A stretch of DNA of 64,000 nt, taken from NCBI RefSeq assembly GCF_031769215.1, contig NW_026782072.1, positions 1,116,001 to 1,180,000 on the forward strand, read 5' to 3'. Below the pieces are notes generated by a model that had not been told where the DNA came from, made no database searches, and worked only from the letters and a program-made list of their open reading frames with translations. Position numbers and translations under genes: made by a program. Of the stretch, positions 48,690 to 62,800 are shown one piece after another (position 1 is the stretch's first letter; each line of letters opens with the position of its first letter). The stretch comes from Ylistrum balloti. Lineage: Eukaryota.

Positions 48690-49120
48690 CAGGCCTAACG
48701 GCCAACTCAAGCAGCAAAGGACGCTATTCCTTTACTTCAAAAATGCGAAAAAATGCGGAATTTGATTCAAGCATCGGTAATTCTACAGAGTAAACGGCAA
48801 CCAGCCAATCTCAAAAGGGTTCTTACTAGAGCCAAATTTGATAATTCCGGACAACAAAGTTTTACTGTTTCCAAATGTGAAGACTTAAGATGTGGAACAT
48901 GCAATTACATACGTGTCGGCAATCATCTGACTCTACAAAATGGAAAAACAATAAAATCAAACAATAATATAAACTGCAAAAGTAAGAATTTAAACATATG
49001 TAATAGTCTGTTCAACCTGCAAGGAACACTACATCGGCCAAACAGGAAATGCACTTAGTGAGAGAGTGCGGTCCACAAACAACAAAGACGCACACTAGAG
49101 ACACGGAAAATACCACTTAA
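48690..49120 (+). mobile_element. Penelope-like GIY-YIG endonuclease fragment
   Basis: RQPANLKRVLTRAKF...KCEDLRCGTC...NCKSKN, then after a frameshift YVIVCSTCKEHYIGQTGNALSERVR and HKQQ...TRKIPL. Truncated by the repeat starting at 49121. Confidence 0.88.
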
Positions 49121-49860
49121 ATGTTAGATATAGATACACATACATATTTGTCTGTCTCTAAAAATAAGAATCTTGTGATTTACATAATGCCGGTAATACC
49201 TACACATACCTATTTGTCTGTCTCTAAAAATAAGAATCTTGTGATTTACATAATGCCGGTAATACCTACACATACCTATTTGTCTGTCTTTAAAAATAAC
49301 AGACTATTGAATCCCATAATACCAGTATGTATTTTCAAAACGTAGGCCATTGGTAAAGTGTAACTTGTGATTACTTCGAATCACAAAGAAATCACAAAGA
49401 AATCACAAAGGTAAGTAATATCTATCTAGATGTGCTTTATAACTAAACTTTGGTCCTCTGGTTACTTTGGCGGAGCGTTGAACATACCAAATTTGCTTTG
49501 TTGATAGGGTCGACTGTGTTTCTGTTAAGCTTTATTTGTTGTTCTATATGACGGTTGTACATGAAGAATATCGATTAAATGTTAAATCAATGTTAAACTG
49601 TAACTACGATATAGTATGTAATTAAACTGAAGGAAACGTTATACCAATGCGGACATAACATACTGTGTGAAGCTACACACGGAAGGGGAGGGGTTCACAT
49701 ATAATTGATGGCATTGAATCACTGTGGTTCATGACTATATTATCAACCATAACATAATTACCAATGGATTGCGTGTACGTTGGGAACCAAATAAAAGATA
49801 GAAATCTGGCGTGGCAGAGTCTAGATTGCGTTTATAAATCAAATGTCAACTGGCAGAGGT
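49121..49860. repeat. ~740-bp duplicated segment, copy 1 (extra internal ~70-bp unit)
   Basis: Near-identical to 54240-55080, including the triple GAAATCACAAA. Confidence 0.9.
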
Positions 49861-50344
49861 TGTTCTTACAATCTTTATAAAGGAAATGAAAATCTACTTA
49901 TTTCTTCTGTCGTATAAATTTCACAAATAATCTATTTACGTAATAAACATATTTATTTTGCTTGATTTATACCGAGTCTATCTTAAATACTGAAAAATTG
50001 GTCATTTGCAGAGTGTAACATGTCTATATCATTGTTGTTCTATTACTGAAAGGATGTATCTAATTTGTCTTGCACTTTTTCAATATTGATGTTTCTTACA
50101 GAGTATGTAGTAGATTATAATTACATTACAACAAACTTAATCGAAGTTACTAAAGCAATACGACACACTGTATGCAGTGTAAATGATATATTTATCATAA
50201 AGGGATTTCAATATGAGTTATCCATATTAATAGAACACATATGTAATAATCCGAAATGCGTCAACAACACAATGTCTACTGTTTGAGGTATATCGTTGAC
50301 ACTATGTGACAATACTATATACGTTAAAGGTGAATAACCAAGAT

Positions 50345-50955
50345 AATGAAAGTCAGCACGAGGTCAAATGACCCCATCCAGCTTGATTCACTAACATAGA
50401 TGAGGTGAGAGACTTGGAAGCAAGATAGCCTCAGATGGTAACTCCGAGTTAGAGGTGAAAACCCGTATTGCAAAGACCAGAGGAGTGTTTGCATATTAAA
50501 CACCACCAATCTGAAGATATCGGGGTCCATCTCTATTGTGCAGAATCACGGAGCATAACCTACAGCATCACTGACCAGCTGGATGTCTTCTTAACAAGAT
50601 TTCAACATAGAATCTTGAGAATATCCTGGCCTCATACTAATTCCAATGCAGAATTATATAGGGGAACCAACACTGTACTCCGTCACAGGAAATAAAGCAC
50701 AGAAGATGGCGGTGAATTGGATATGTCTACAAGATGCACCCAGAATTCCATCACAAGGGAAACAATGAGATGGACATCATCTGGCAAGGTGGAAGAGAGG
50801 AAGACCCCAGGAAACATGGAGGCGGTCAAGCGAGAAGGAAATCAAAGCAACAGGATGGACGTGGGGACAACTTAAACGATGGTCGCAGGACAGAATATAC
50901 TGGACGTATCTAGTGATGGCATTTTGTGCGACACCACACGAAGAAGAGTAATCGA
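50345..50955 (+). mobile_element. RTE-clade LINE 3' fragment
   Basis: IDEVRD.LGSKIASDGNSELEVKTRIAK, LDVFLTRFQHRILRISWP, HRRWR.IG, GRPQETWRRS and GWTWGQLKRWSQDR...FCATPHEEE*, with frameshifts. Confidence 0.88.
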
Positions 50956-53039
50956 ATCGATTGTTTGATACAGTCAGATTCTGAACATATTCAGGAGAAA
51001 ATCTGTCTCACACATCTTATTGTTGCAAAGATATATATATATATCAGTCTCTTTTATTGTGAAAATAAATCCAAAAGGTTGTTAATATGACTAAAGGAAG
51101 ATGATGATTGATTATGTTTATTTTTTATTTACCAACCTTTCACAATAAATATGAAATTCCTGTTAACCTTCAGGGCTTGAGGATTGAGGATATATTGGAA
51201 GCATCAGTGTTGTCATTAAAATACTTTTTGATAATCTTATACGGAAAGGCACCTCATTATCAAATATATTGGAAGGAAATCCCCCTTTTTTCTGGCCAGC
51301 TGCTTCCTGTTAAGTAGTTAAATAGTAGTGTTCCACAGCGCCATTTCCCAAACTATAGGCCTTCTGCGCTTAGATCAGCAGATCATGAGAAAGTCAGACA
51401 AATGCCTTATTCAGTTTGGCGGAGACATTTTCATAGTTGCCGATTATCGACAGTGCTACCTGTGTCATGCAAATTATGGTCGCAAGGCTGATAGAATTTA
51501 AAATGTTGTTAAATATTTACCCGGCTGATCACTAGGAGCTCTCTCGAATGCTTTGGATATAAAAGCACAACACGGAAATACCAATGAGCGAACATAACCA
51601 CAATCCAAATTTGAATTTAATAACGCCAAGGGCAAAATATGAACAAAAGTTTTATACACGCAGACTCCAGAAAAAGTTCATGAAGAACAAAAGACTAGGT
51701 GTTCCGGAAGAGCATCTTCTGCTTTATCGACGGCTCTAACCAAGTGAACATTGGTCAGTCAAAGTAATGTCATGTTCTCAAACAACGATAAACAACAACG
51801 AAACCAACAGGCAAACTAACAAGCATCAAACACTCTCTTTGGGATCACTGCGAGGAACGACTTCCCAATACAAGGTAAGGTACATAATGACGTACGATTC
51901 AGTTCTGAATTCCACATACTAATGAGGATCGTACATGTCCAGCTTCATATTGTAAAAAGAAAAAGAATCTTTCAATGAGACTACTATGACGACCGACTTC
52001 CCAATACAAGGTAAGATACTTACTGGGCTAGAGTTCTGAAAGCAGTTTTTTCTTTAACACTGGAAAAAACACCTGAGTCTCTTTAATCCTACTTGGAAAT
52101 GAATTTCCCCTCTTGCAATGAAGATAAGATTACACAAAGTGAACTTCACTTGATCATAGCATGTTCTTAGTTGTTTAGAATAAATCCCATCTATACCTTT
52201 TGCTTTCTTGCAGAAGAATTTCTCAATAAATATAGATGTTACAGATTGAAATTCAAATTGTGCATTATTTGGTGTGTTATGTCTAATATCGGCAAGAATC
52301 AGTTCTTTAAAACACTATTTATCATTGTCAATAGTTCAGGTACATTTATATTCAAACCTTTAAAATGATTACTGGCTGTCACATTAAATTTATTTAATTC
52401 TTAAGGAATAAGTTGCTGTGCTCAGTCTAAAATTTATGTGTTATTCTGATCTTTGAAACCTATCAAAGAATGTTTTGCAAGCATATTCATGATAAGCTTG
52501 CAAAAAGGTAATTCTTTCATAACAGCATGGAACTAAAAATAGTCCTGTCAAATCTTAGTTGATTTATTTTTAATTAATACTGAGGACCCTTTGGCGGATT
52601 GGCCTAGTAGACAAGAATGGACAACTAAAATATTGAAAATAAGAAAGTTCACAACAGATAACAAACGCAAAAAACGATAGAAGAGTTTGGGAGAAAGGAG
52701 GAATACAAAATTATTTCATTAGCTGCTTTTACCGTTTCCCAATTTTTAACATCTTTAAATGTTGTATTGTGCTTTGACTACCAGATAATGAGTCAAACAT
52801 CATGAATTAATCACATATTTATTATGCTACATATAGATACTAGCGGAACTAAAGCAACTGAACATAGGTATACTATACTATAACTTAGAAGGTATATAAG
52901 AAATCACCAAAACATTGTCAACATGGTTTTATCTTCCCTTTATTAACACCAGTTCAGTTGATATGGTTATTGCATTAGCAGCGTCATGAATAGAGATCAG
53001 TTTTCACAGATGTTCTCTAAACAAAATTCAGATCATCAA

Positions 53040-53880
53040 TACCGTATACGTCCCCCATTGGAATGATAGATGCTTAACAACGACGCCTCATTGCTGCGAT
53101 AAGTATGCTGAAAATGCCTTTAGAATATCATTCCATAATATCACAAGCACACTTGATTGGTCAAGTAAAGTCAATGACTGATTTTGGAGGCGACGCAGGC
53201 TGCATCTCATTCTAAACGTGTTCTATAGACGACATATTTAGAGACGGGAGAGCGTTATCCTGTTGTAGCGTGTCGTTACGTTGCATCACAAATGGAAGGA
53301 TGAGAGGCCGGATGATTTTGTCACGGTATCTGATGCCTGTAAGTGTACCGTCCACAACCATAAGAGCTGTTCTGCCATCCCACACCAAGACACTACCATC
53401 ACACAACTGTCATGAAAAAGTTCAGCAACACTAAGATACACTATAGAACGACTGTCGAGAGGAAACCTGGACTCATCCGTGAAAAGAGCACGTGACCAGT
53501 CCTGCCGCGTTAAGAGTATGTGTCGTTTACACCAGGCTAAACGTCCTACACGATGGCGTTGCTGACGGTACATGATCGATTGCTTGAACGAGGCATACTT
53601 CCACAACGTCGGGAACTTTTTTTTTGAAGGTCAGGAATATTTATCGCCGTAAAAGAATCAGTTCTGAGTCGTTCACGGTGATATACGTATCCTGGCGATA
53701 CGACGTTACGCGTGTACGTCCTGACCGAGGCAGGTCTCTTGTTGCCCAATACTGTTGGTACCGTCTTTATAACATTTCGGTACACATCAAATTGTCTGAC
53801 AACGTCAGTATGACGTACACCAGCTTCGATCATGTATACAGCGAGTCATCTGCCACTTTTTATTCAATTTTGGTATGACG
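53040..53880 (-). mobile_element. Degenerate Tc1/mariner (DD34E-type) transposase
   Basis: MIEAGVRHTDVVRQF (HTH), DWSRALFTDESRF, GSVLVW, LQQDNA, LNMSSIEHV and AMRRRC. Frameshifted; TIRs were not resolved. Confidence 0.88.
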
Positions 53881-54239
53881 TATCAAGGACTGATTTTACA
53901 AAGTTATGCTAGTTTTGTGTGTTACAGGTATTTACACTATGTTTTTACAAAGTGTTTACGATTGAATGCTGGCCGAAACGTCAAAACAAAGACATGTAGA
54001 AAATCTTAAGTTTTAAGAAGATAGTTTAAGAATGGTCTTATCTTGTACATATTCAAAAGGAATTCTGTTTACAATCTTTAAAAACCTAACAAGCCATATA
54101 TATAGTCGTATTTTTAATTTTAAAAAAAACTGGCCAAAAAAGAAAGTAAAAACGAAGACGTGAAAAAATCGTGTAGATTTATGGCACTGAATCACATTTT
54201 TTCAAAGGCTATAACGAGTTATTAATTACATACTCAATT

Positions 54240-55080
54240 ATGTTAAATATAGATACACATACTTATTTGCCTGTCTCTAAAAATAAGAATCTTGTGAATT
54301 ACATTATGTCGGTAATAAATACACATACCTATTTGTCTGTCTTTAAAAATAACAGACTATTGAATTCCATAATACCAGTATGTATTTTCAAAACGTAGGC
54401 CATTGGTAAAGTGTAACTTGTGATTACTTCGAATCACAAAGAAATCACAAAGAAATCACAAAGGTAAGTAATATCTATCTAGATGTGCTTTATAACTAAA
54501 CTTTGGTCCTCTGGTTACTTTGGCGGAGCGTTGAACATACCAAATTTGCTTTGTTGATAGGGTCGACTGTGTTTCTGTTAAGCTTTATTTGTTGTTCTAT
54601 ATGACGGTTGTACATGAAGAATATCGATTAAATGTTAAATCAATGCTAAACTGTAACTACGATATAGTATGTAATTAAACTGAAAGAAACATTATACCAA
54701 TGAGGACTTAACATACTGTGTGAAGCTTAACAAGGGAACGGGTTCAGTTTACGATTGATGGCATTGAATCACTGTGGTTCATGACTATATTATCAACCAT
54801 AACATAATTACCAATGGATTGCGTATGCGTTGGGAGGAAAATAAAACATAGAAAGCTGTCCTGGCATAGAAGTATCGTCTATTTTGTGGTCTTACGTTGA
54901 TACTTAGCAGCCGTTGTTAGGTGAGATTTAATTCAACGAAAATAATGTTAACAATGGTCACCATTGGCTGTCTATATAAGTTTTCTTACGTCAATTGCTA
55001 TATTGGGTATTCCTCTTTATACGATAAGCAATGAAATGGGCATAGTCAAGATTGCATTTAGAAATCAAATGTCTACATGT
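54240..55080. repeat. Duplicated segment, copy 2 (extra ~190-bp insert at ~54860-55045)
   Basis: Homologous to 49121-49860 in the same orientation. Confidence 0.88.
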
Positions 55081-55449
55081 TTCGTTCAAAAATAATTTTT
55101 AATATTGGCTTTATACTTCTGTAAGTCATAGCAATCTTTCATATTGTTGATTAAAGCATTTACATTTAAAGCCATGTTAAGACATCTGTTTCTTGAAAAA
55201 TATTTTGTTTAATGATAAGAATGTTTATATTATCAACAGTTAAATTAAGACTTCGTTCATGAATACACCCGAATATGAGGATTGTATTTGATAATGTTTT
55301 TAAAAACACATCCATATTGATTTTGTCTTCCAAAATTATTTTCCATTTCGATTCGCTGCTGTACAGTCTCCTAACACATCAGGTTCAGAGCGTTAATCCA
55401 CTATCTCTATATTTTTGAACAACAACACTTCTTTTAATTTCATCTGTTT

Positions 55450-56490
55450 TACTGTTAAATAGAAAATTTAGAAAAAGTATGGAATTAATTTCTTTAATCA
55501 CCTTTTCACTGGGGTTTTGGAAAGGATATAAACAAATGATTGAAGTGGGATATCAATAATGATTTAATAATATGAATTTTACCAATAGGAGTTAATTTTC
55601 TTTGTGTTCCAATATTGGTTTTTTTTTTTTTTTTTTTATTTCACAATTTTAATCTTTTTAATCAAAATTCGGTTCGAGAATATTGTTTTAGTTTACATGA
55701 AATTCTCAACCATGTATTGTAAATTTATTTTTCCCTATTGCAGATTAAACTCTGGAAGCATTTAATCTTTATTGTACGTCTTGCTACCAATCCAAATTAT
55801 TTCAGTTTTATCAGCATTTATTTTTAAACCGGATATATTTGCAAAACTGTTTAATACAATGAGAGCTTCATGAAGTGATGTCTCTGATCCATATAGCGCA
55901 TATTGAGATATTAGGTTGTCGAAATTAATATGACTATTTTTCCTCGAATGTATAGCTATAATCACTGCACACATAATAAAGATATATTCACCTGGAGGAC
56001 TTGGTCTTTTAATTTCCAAAAAAAACGGATAAGTTCCCTCCCTGATTAATTATAGATGAAACATTTTATTTAATGTAATAACCACCTTAAAATATCTTTT
56101 CCAAAACCATAAAAATTCAAAACTTTTCTAATGTAATTTAATAAATAATATAGAGAGTCGAATGGGTTTTTTTCAAAATCTATCATCAAAATCATACCAG
56201 GTATATCATTTTCTTCCGTAAATTTCATAATATTATATAACAAACGTGTATGCTTCCAGTATACCTTGCAGATAAAAACTGATCGTAACTTATGATTGTA
56301 TTAAGAACTTTTTAATTCTGTATAACCCCTGAGATAACCCCTGATGTTTTATGTGATATATTCAGTAATAATATTGGACGCCAGTTCTTTTAGATAATGT
56401 ATTGGTTTATCACTTTTTGGAATGCATGCCATAACTCCTTGCTGTTGAGCTACTGAAAAAGGGATGTTGGCGCCCACCATTGTTCGATCT
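55450..56490 (-). mobile_element. L1/Tx1-clade RT fragment related to the 28.5-32.5 kb LINE
   Basis: QQGVMACIPKSDKP, MKFTEENDIPGMILMIDFEK and LISQYA...SGLKINADKTEIIWIGSK on the minus strand. Confidence 0.85.
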
Positions 56491-57250
56491 TTATATGCTA
56501 TTTAAGCGTTTGATCTTTTCCCTTTTTCCCTTCTTTTCTCTTCTCTGTTTTTGCTCTTAATGATGAGACATTGATCATTACTTTTCAGAAATAGCGATGA
56601 TAATATTTACCTGCAAAATTCAAAATGGCCGTCTGGAAGCCATTTTGTTTCTTCTGATCAGTCCCAAAATCAAAGGAGAAACCAAAGAGAACAAACGTAT
56701 GAAAATTTTAGAGATATCTATTCAATACTTCTTAAGAAATAGCAATAACAATGTTTATTAGGCAAAATCCAAGATGGTCGCATGTGGACCATATTGTTTT
56801 GCTTATCAGTACTAAAATCAAACAGGCATAAGTAGGGATCAAAGAAAGCATACACATGAACTTTGAGAAAGATCTATGCTGTCGTTCTCAAGAAATAGCC
56901 ACAATAAACTTTCAAAGTCAAAATCTAAGATGAGCGTCTGTCGGTCAATTTGTTTTTCTGATCAGTCCCAAAATAAGTGGGCACAACTAGGGACCAAAAG
57001 GACCCTTAAATGAATTTGAGAAAAATCTATGCAGAAGTTCTTACGAAATAGCGATAACAAACTTTCAAAGTCAAAGCCCAAGATGGCGCCTGTCAGCCAT
57101 TGTATTGTATTGTGCAATTGCTCCTTCACTATCCAAAGTTCAGTATGGATATCTTCCTGTGATGATGCTGCATCTTTACTCAGGTTTGGGTCCTTGGTGG
57201 TAGTACATATACTGGCTCTCTGAGAGGGCCTCCTAGGGGTGTATTTTGCT
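56490..57250 (-). mobile_element. Pearl-like non-autonomous element, second copy, opposite orientation
   Basis: Repeated CAAAATGGCCG / CAAGATGGTCG / TAAGATGAGCG / CAAGATGGCG boxes with ATCAGTCCCAAAAT, ~150 bp apart. These are the reverse complement of motifs in 22690-23660. Confidence 0.6.
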
Positions 57251-59842
57251 GGTACCACTCATTTTAGTCAATATTGCTACGACTCTTGTTATATATAAAT
57301 TCCTGTAACCCCGATGTACCTCAAAAAAGTCAGTGCCAGGTTACAAAGGAAATACTGTAAAAAACACTGTAAAGTTCTGCAAACATGTTACAGCCAATGC
57401 AAGGAAAACACTAAGCTGAACATTACAATAAATCTTAGTGCATTTCCTAATGAAACATGCTAAACTAACATCAAGATCGTCAGAGACAAAAACCTACACT
57501 CCACACCGGTGGGCAGTCATCTTAATCATCCAATGATGGGTATACTTATACTTGAAATATTTGATAAATAGCATGTTTTGTCTTTGGAATTTCTCCATCT
57601 GAGAACCACATCAGTGTCAATAGAATTGAAGCCATGATAACGATGCTGTTATAAGACATTCACACTTAGAGAGAAATACGTGTAATTTGAACCTGTTTTC
57701 GACTTTTTTCGTGTTCTTCGTCATTATTAGGATCACTATGATACTATTAGTATTTCATTGATTATCTCAAATTCGAACAGATCACTTCAAGTAGCGATTA
57801 TATATCGTAAGCCTTAAACACATAGCTTTAACCGTATAATGATCACAAGTAAACTGGACTCTAATAAAAAGCGTAAAGGTTTTTTTATCCTATGATGACA
57901 CTTAAAATTATCTGAATTATTACGTTGATATTACTTGGTTACATGGAATATATAAACGCTTTACATCAGTCAACAGATTCTGCGGTCACTCAGCCTATGT
58001 ATGGCTGCACATATTATGCCATTCAAAAACATTAGGTTTTATATGGGTTCATAGGACGATTTGTGGGTCATTGAGGAAGAGAACTCAATGTCAGAAGTCC
58101 ATACAAACTCAAAAAACTTCGCCTGACACTGTCACTTAACCAAATTCAAAGATTCAAAGTTATCCTCTATGATTTGATTTTGTTTATTCAATATCCTCAC
58201 GTTCAAAATAAAAATTGTATTTAATGATAACCGTCTGTTAAACAAATATTATTGACAGGAGATCGAATTGGCATAAAATTGAACCAATGCTTATTAAACA
58301 TAATCATAGATAAATATCATGCTATGTCTCATGTAAATATCTTAGTTGTGCATAAAAACAACAAACTTAATTCCCCCATACCTCTAATTAATGTAACTGG
58401 CGGGGTTTCCTCTTTTAGTCTTTATTTCGTTTTCCTCCCAGCGTCTTTTCCCGGGCGACGAAGCGAAATGTCAGGTATACGCCAACATACAAATATGTCA
58501 ATTGCAATAGTTGTAGAAGGACAGGTGACAATATTGGATTGGTGATTTTTTATCATATAGAATTATAGCATAGTCACTTCATTTTTCTTCTAAGAAACAT
58601 TTAAACAGTTGATATGTTGGATTAGCAAACCAGTCTACTAGTGTCTGTGTTTAAATAATAACAAATCCAAAGAAAATGACGCTCACGCGGATATGAGAAA
58701 TTCATTGCGACTTTTTAAAACAAACCACTAAATTATCATTGGTGAAAAATCATGCCAATGACCAGATTTTTTTCAACTCCAACAAACAGCGTTTGATTCA
58801 GTGACGGAAGAGAATGCAGACATATCTTGCACGATATGTATACCTCTAAATGATTTTTATAACCTGATCATGAAATAATATGTGAATACAATAAAAAAAA
58901 TCTTCAGTCATTGAAAATATGTCAAAATAAAGTTGATTAAAAACGATAAAGGTTTGACTTTGTTTCTCCTCTCGAGATATGGAGCTGAACAGACATATGC
59001 TATTTACTTCTTATAAATTACACCATTGACAAATATCACGGATTCTTTGTTAATATCATGAATTTCAATGGCGGTCATCTTGTACTAATACTTAATTTTG
59101 CTACAAGAGTGATATGTTGACTTTCGATGGATAATGTCAACTAAACACTACTTTTTCTTGTGTTTGCGGCTTTCATGGATATTTTATTTAATTTGTCTTT
59201 TATATTATTAAAGCTTCAGTTTCTTAAAGTTTCATTTATCTCTGTATGTTAAGGAAATACTCATATAGCATTGTTGAGCTGAAAAATTACTATACTTAAC
59301 AAATTATAAAACAAGGCTTTCAAGATTTGTTGCGAAATATGTTTAATGAGGGGCCAATTAGTTGAGTAGGGTGTCTGCTTATGGACATTTCAATGCCGAC
59401 CAAACCGTTATCGTTCAGTGAATTTACGTGACGTATAAGACATGCACATGATATCTGTATTATCAACCCATGTTTGATGTGTAGTACGGTAATTAATAAT
59501 ACCATTTGTAACTGAAAACGAGGTGAGCAATGCGACTTTCATATATGGCTTGTGTAAATATGCTTACTTCATAGCGTTGCTATTTTAACACATGGACTTA
59601 GAACTGCGACGAGTTTAGCCCTGCTTTTTATCATGATGTATAATATAAATAGAATGAGAGTTAGTGTAAGACAAAAAAGATATGACTTAATGATACGAAT
59701 TTTACAAGAGCTTGCGTGAAGCAGAAGATATCGATGGAAATTTTATGTATCATCGATTCAGGTCATTCTTTTCCGTTTTAACGAAGGTCTTTGTTTAACT
59801 TTCAATTTGCAGTTTAAAATCTGATTTGCAATTGTCAACTAC

Positions 59843-59891
59843 ATGGCGAAAACGAAACCGAAACAAAGCAGGAAACGTAAAGATAAAACAG
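59843..59891 (+). CDS. Probable first coding exon of an unidentified gene (MAKTKPKQSRKRKDKT...)
   Basis: AACTAC-ATGGCG start context, a basic NLS-like peptide and a consensus donor CAG|GTAAGT. No downstream exon was identified. Confidence 0.45.
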
Positions 59892-62800
59892 GTAAGTGTT
59901 CGGCTTTCAGGTCAGATGAAGCATTGGGGGAATTTACGGAATGGAAGAAGTAGTTGCTATCGAAAGTATTGAAAAGATATTATGTTAAAGGTAATTTCCG
60001 GTTTTCGGTAGGGATCAAAGTTTAAAAGTGCTGTTTTGGGTAACAATCTGTTAAAGTCTTCTTCCCAAGTTCAACTAGTTCTACAGTCTTTCTATTTGAT
60101 ATCTAAGATGCGAAGATAATTAGCTATCAAAGTTGCGAAAATGAAATACCTTGAGCAAGTTTCAAGGTCAAAGGCATAAGTCAATAGTATTTGGTCAGTA
60201 ATATACTACGATCAGATAGTATCAAATGAAGTAATGAAATAAAAAATAATGGGTCAAATGTTAATTTCTGATTTTTGGTGGTTGTCAAATCTACAAAGTG
60301 CTTTTTCCGGAAAACACAAATAAAAAATTGCAATGTGTAGGGCCTTAATATGTAATAAATGAAGTGTTCCGAATATTTGCTATCAAGTTTGTGGAAATTA
60401 TTAAACTTTTTTCTACGCGGTGTAATATAGGGGAAAGCTCGTCAAATTGTCAGCCAACTATTTCTAGTTATCCTTGTACTTTTTTCATGAGTCTCCGTGT
60501 AAACTTTTTTTCTTCTTTTTTTATTTTGCTCCTATTTTTTACCTAGTTTTATTGAGTTTAAGTCTGAATTTCGATTATGTCCACGTGATGTTCTTTTCTT
60601 ATAGTTATCTTATCTTAATATAGAGACAAGACCTTGCAGAAACCTACCAGGGGATACTCATCATACATAATTGGTCTTTCCTTTGATCTTACTTCCAAGA
60701 CAGCCTCTGTGAAATCTGATTGGACGAAATGATATCTAATAACAACTAGCTCTATTTGATAATATATTATGAAACCCAGCAGAAGGAATGATACCCCTTG
60801 TTGTCAGTTATTCGTGTTGCAGTGAATGTTTGATACATGTAGATCGTTTTGTGTCATTATTATCCTAGGGAATGGTCTTATATTGTCATCAGAATGTTGC
60901 CCAATAACTATTGATTTTTTTCAATACAATATGGTAAATAAAAGAAGTAAACTTTTCTTCCAAAATGACCGTCAAAAGCAGACTTCTAATTGATCGAAAT
61001 TTCAATATCGTCCGGATTCCATCAAATTGGTAAGCAAGTCTATCATATGGCACCGATCACTATCGTAGCCTGAATATCACTGTCCAACAAAATTGTAATC
61101 GGTTGCTTGCCTCTGATTGGTAGAAATATAAATATTATTAACACAGTTAATCGCAGAAACTACCCATGTGAGTCTTAATATACTTTGCATATATAATCAG
61201 TATGACATGTAGTTGTGCACCTTACATTTCTAACTTTCAAGGTAGTCACCGCCATCTCCGCTTGGCAGACATTTTATACAAGATTGAGAAAACTTTTTTG
61301 TATGACGAATATATGGAAACAGTGAACATGAGCTCGAAAGAGCTTACATTTCTGCAAACCTGATATAAAAACACAGACATACAAGTTATAACTTCAGATT
61401 AAAGACATCAATAGATAATGGTGTAAGATATCACAGCATAGCTAAGCATTACAGATAAGTAGTTAAAATATGAACACTAGCATGGCATTACTGATTAGGA
61501 AATTAAAACAATATTAAGTGTAATGTACATACATGCTAATACAACAAATTGACAAAATAAACACCAATATAGTTCGAGTTAACACTGTTGATGACAGCAA
61601 TATGAATAAGCAAGTATGAAAAGCAGGATTTAAAACCAAATATAAGAAAGAAAACAAAAGTACATATCACATATCATTGCAAACAACAAAACAGGGGTAT
61701 ACCACAAGATGGGAGAAAAACTTGAGTATAAAAATCAATGTACATTATACAGTCACATACGGAGCAAAAGTAATGAAACTTGGCACAATGACAGTACTTG
61801 TTTCTAATCTTAAAAAGTCGGCTTGTTTTCCAAAAAGGCAAGGTTTTAAATGGCAACTTTTGAATATTGGTCGAATTTATCTCACACCGACCTCAGTTTC
61901 ACATTTCAACCAAATTGCCGCCTATTTCTGGCATCTATTTCGTTAAAATTTAAATGTCGTTCAATTTCAGTGAAATTATACAGGCTTGATATGGAACACT
62001 TTTAATCATTTTTGTCTCTGTATCACATTTCAACCAAATACCAGCCATTACCTGGCCTCTTATTAGGTGTACGGGACGGGTTAGCGGGTGGTTGGGGTTG
62101 GGGTGACTTCTGCTTTTGTTTGCACTTGCAGTTTTAGTTTTGTTATTTCCTTTATCGATATGAGATATGCAAAAATACGTTGCATTTGAAAAGGGCTTGA
62201 TTTTCATTATATATATATATATATATATACTCCAACAAACAGCGTTTGATTCAGTGACGGAAGAGAATGCAGACATATCTTGCACGATATGTATACCTCT
62301 AAATGATTTTTATAACCTGATCATGAAATAATATGTGAATACAATAAAAAAAATCTTCAGTCATTGAAAATATGTCAAAATAAAGTTGATTAAAAACGAT
62401 AAAGGTTTGACTTTGTTTCTCCTCTCGAGATATGGAGCTGAACAGACATATGCTATTTACTTCTTATAAATTACACCATTGACAAATATCACGGATTCTT
62501 TGTTAATATCATGAATTTCAATGGCGGTCATCTTGTACTAATACTTAATTTTGCTACAAGAGTGATATGTTGACTTTCGATGGATAATGTCAACTAAACA
62601 CTACTTTTTCTTGTGTTTGCGGCTTTCATGGATATTTTATTTAATTTGTCTTTTATATTATTAAAGCTTCAGTTTCTTAAAGTTTCATTTATCTCTGTAT
62701 GTTAAGGAAATACTCATATAGCATTGTTGAGCTGAAAAATTACTATACTTAACAAATTATAAAACAAGGCTTTCAAGATTTGTTGCGAAATATGTTTAAT

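Noticed and set aside
51467-51564. Octamer ATGCAAAT plus TATAAAA as a plus-strand promoter
   Set aside because: No credible downstream exon or RNA gene was found, and such short motifs are expected by chance.
53940-53990. GAAACGTC|AAAAC resembling a hammerhead 3' half
   Set aside because: There is no CUGANGA core upstream; at best it is a fully decayed relic.
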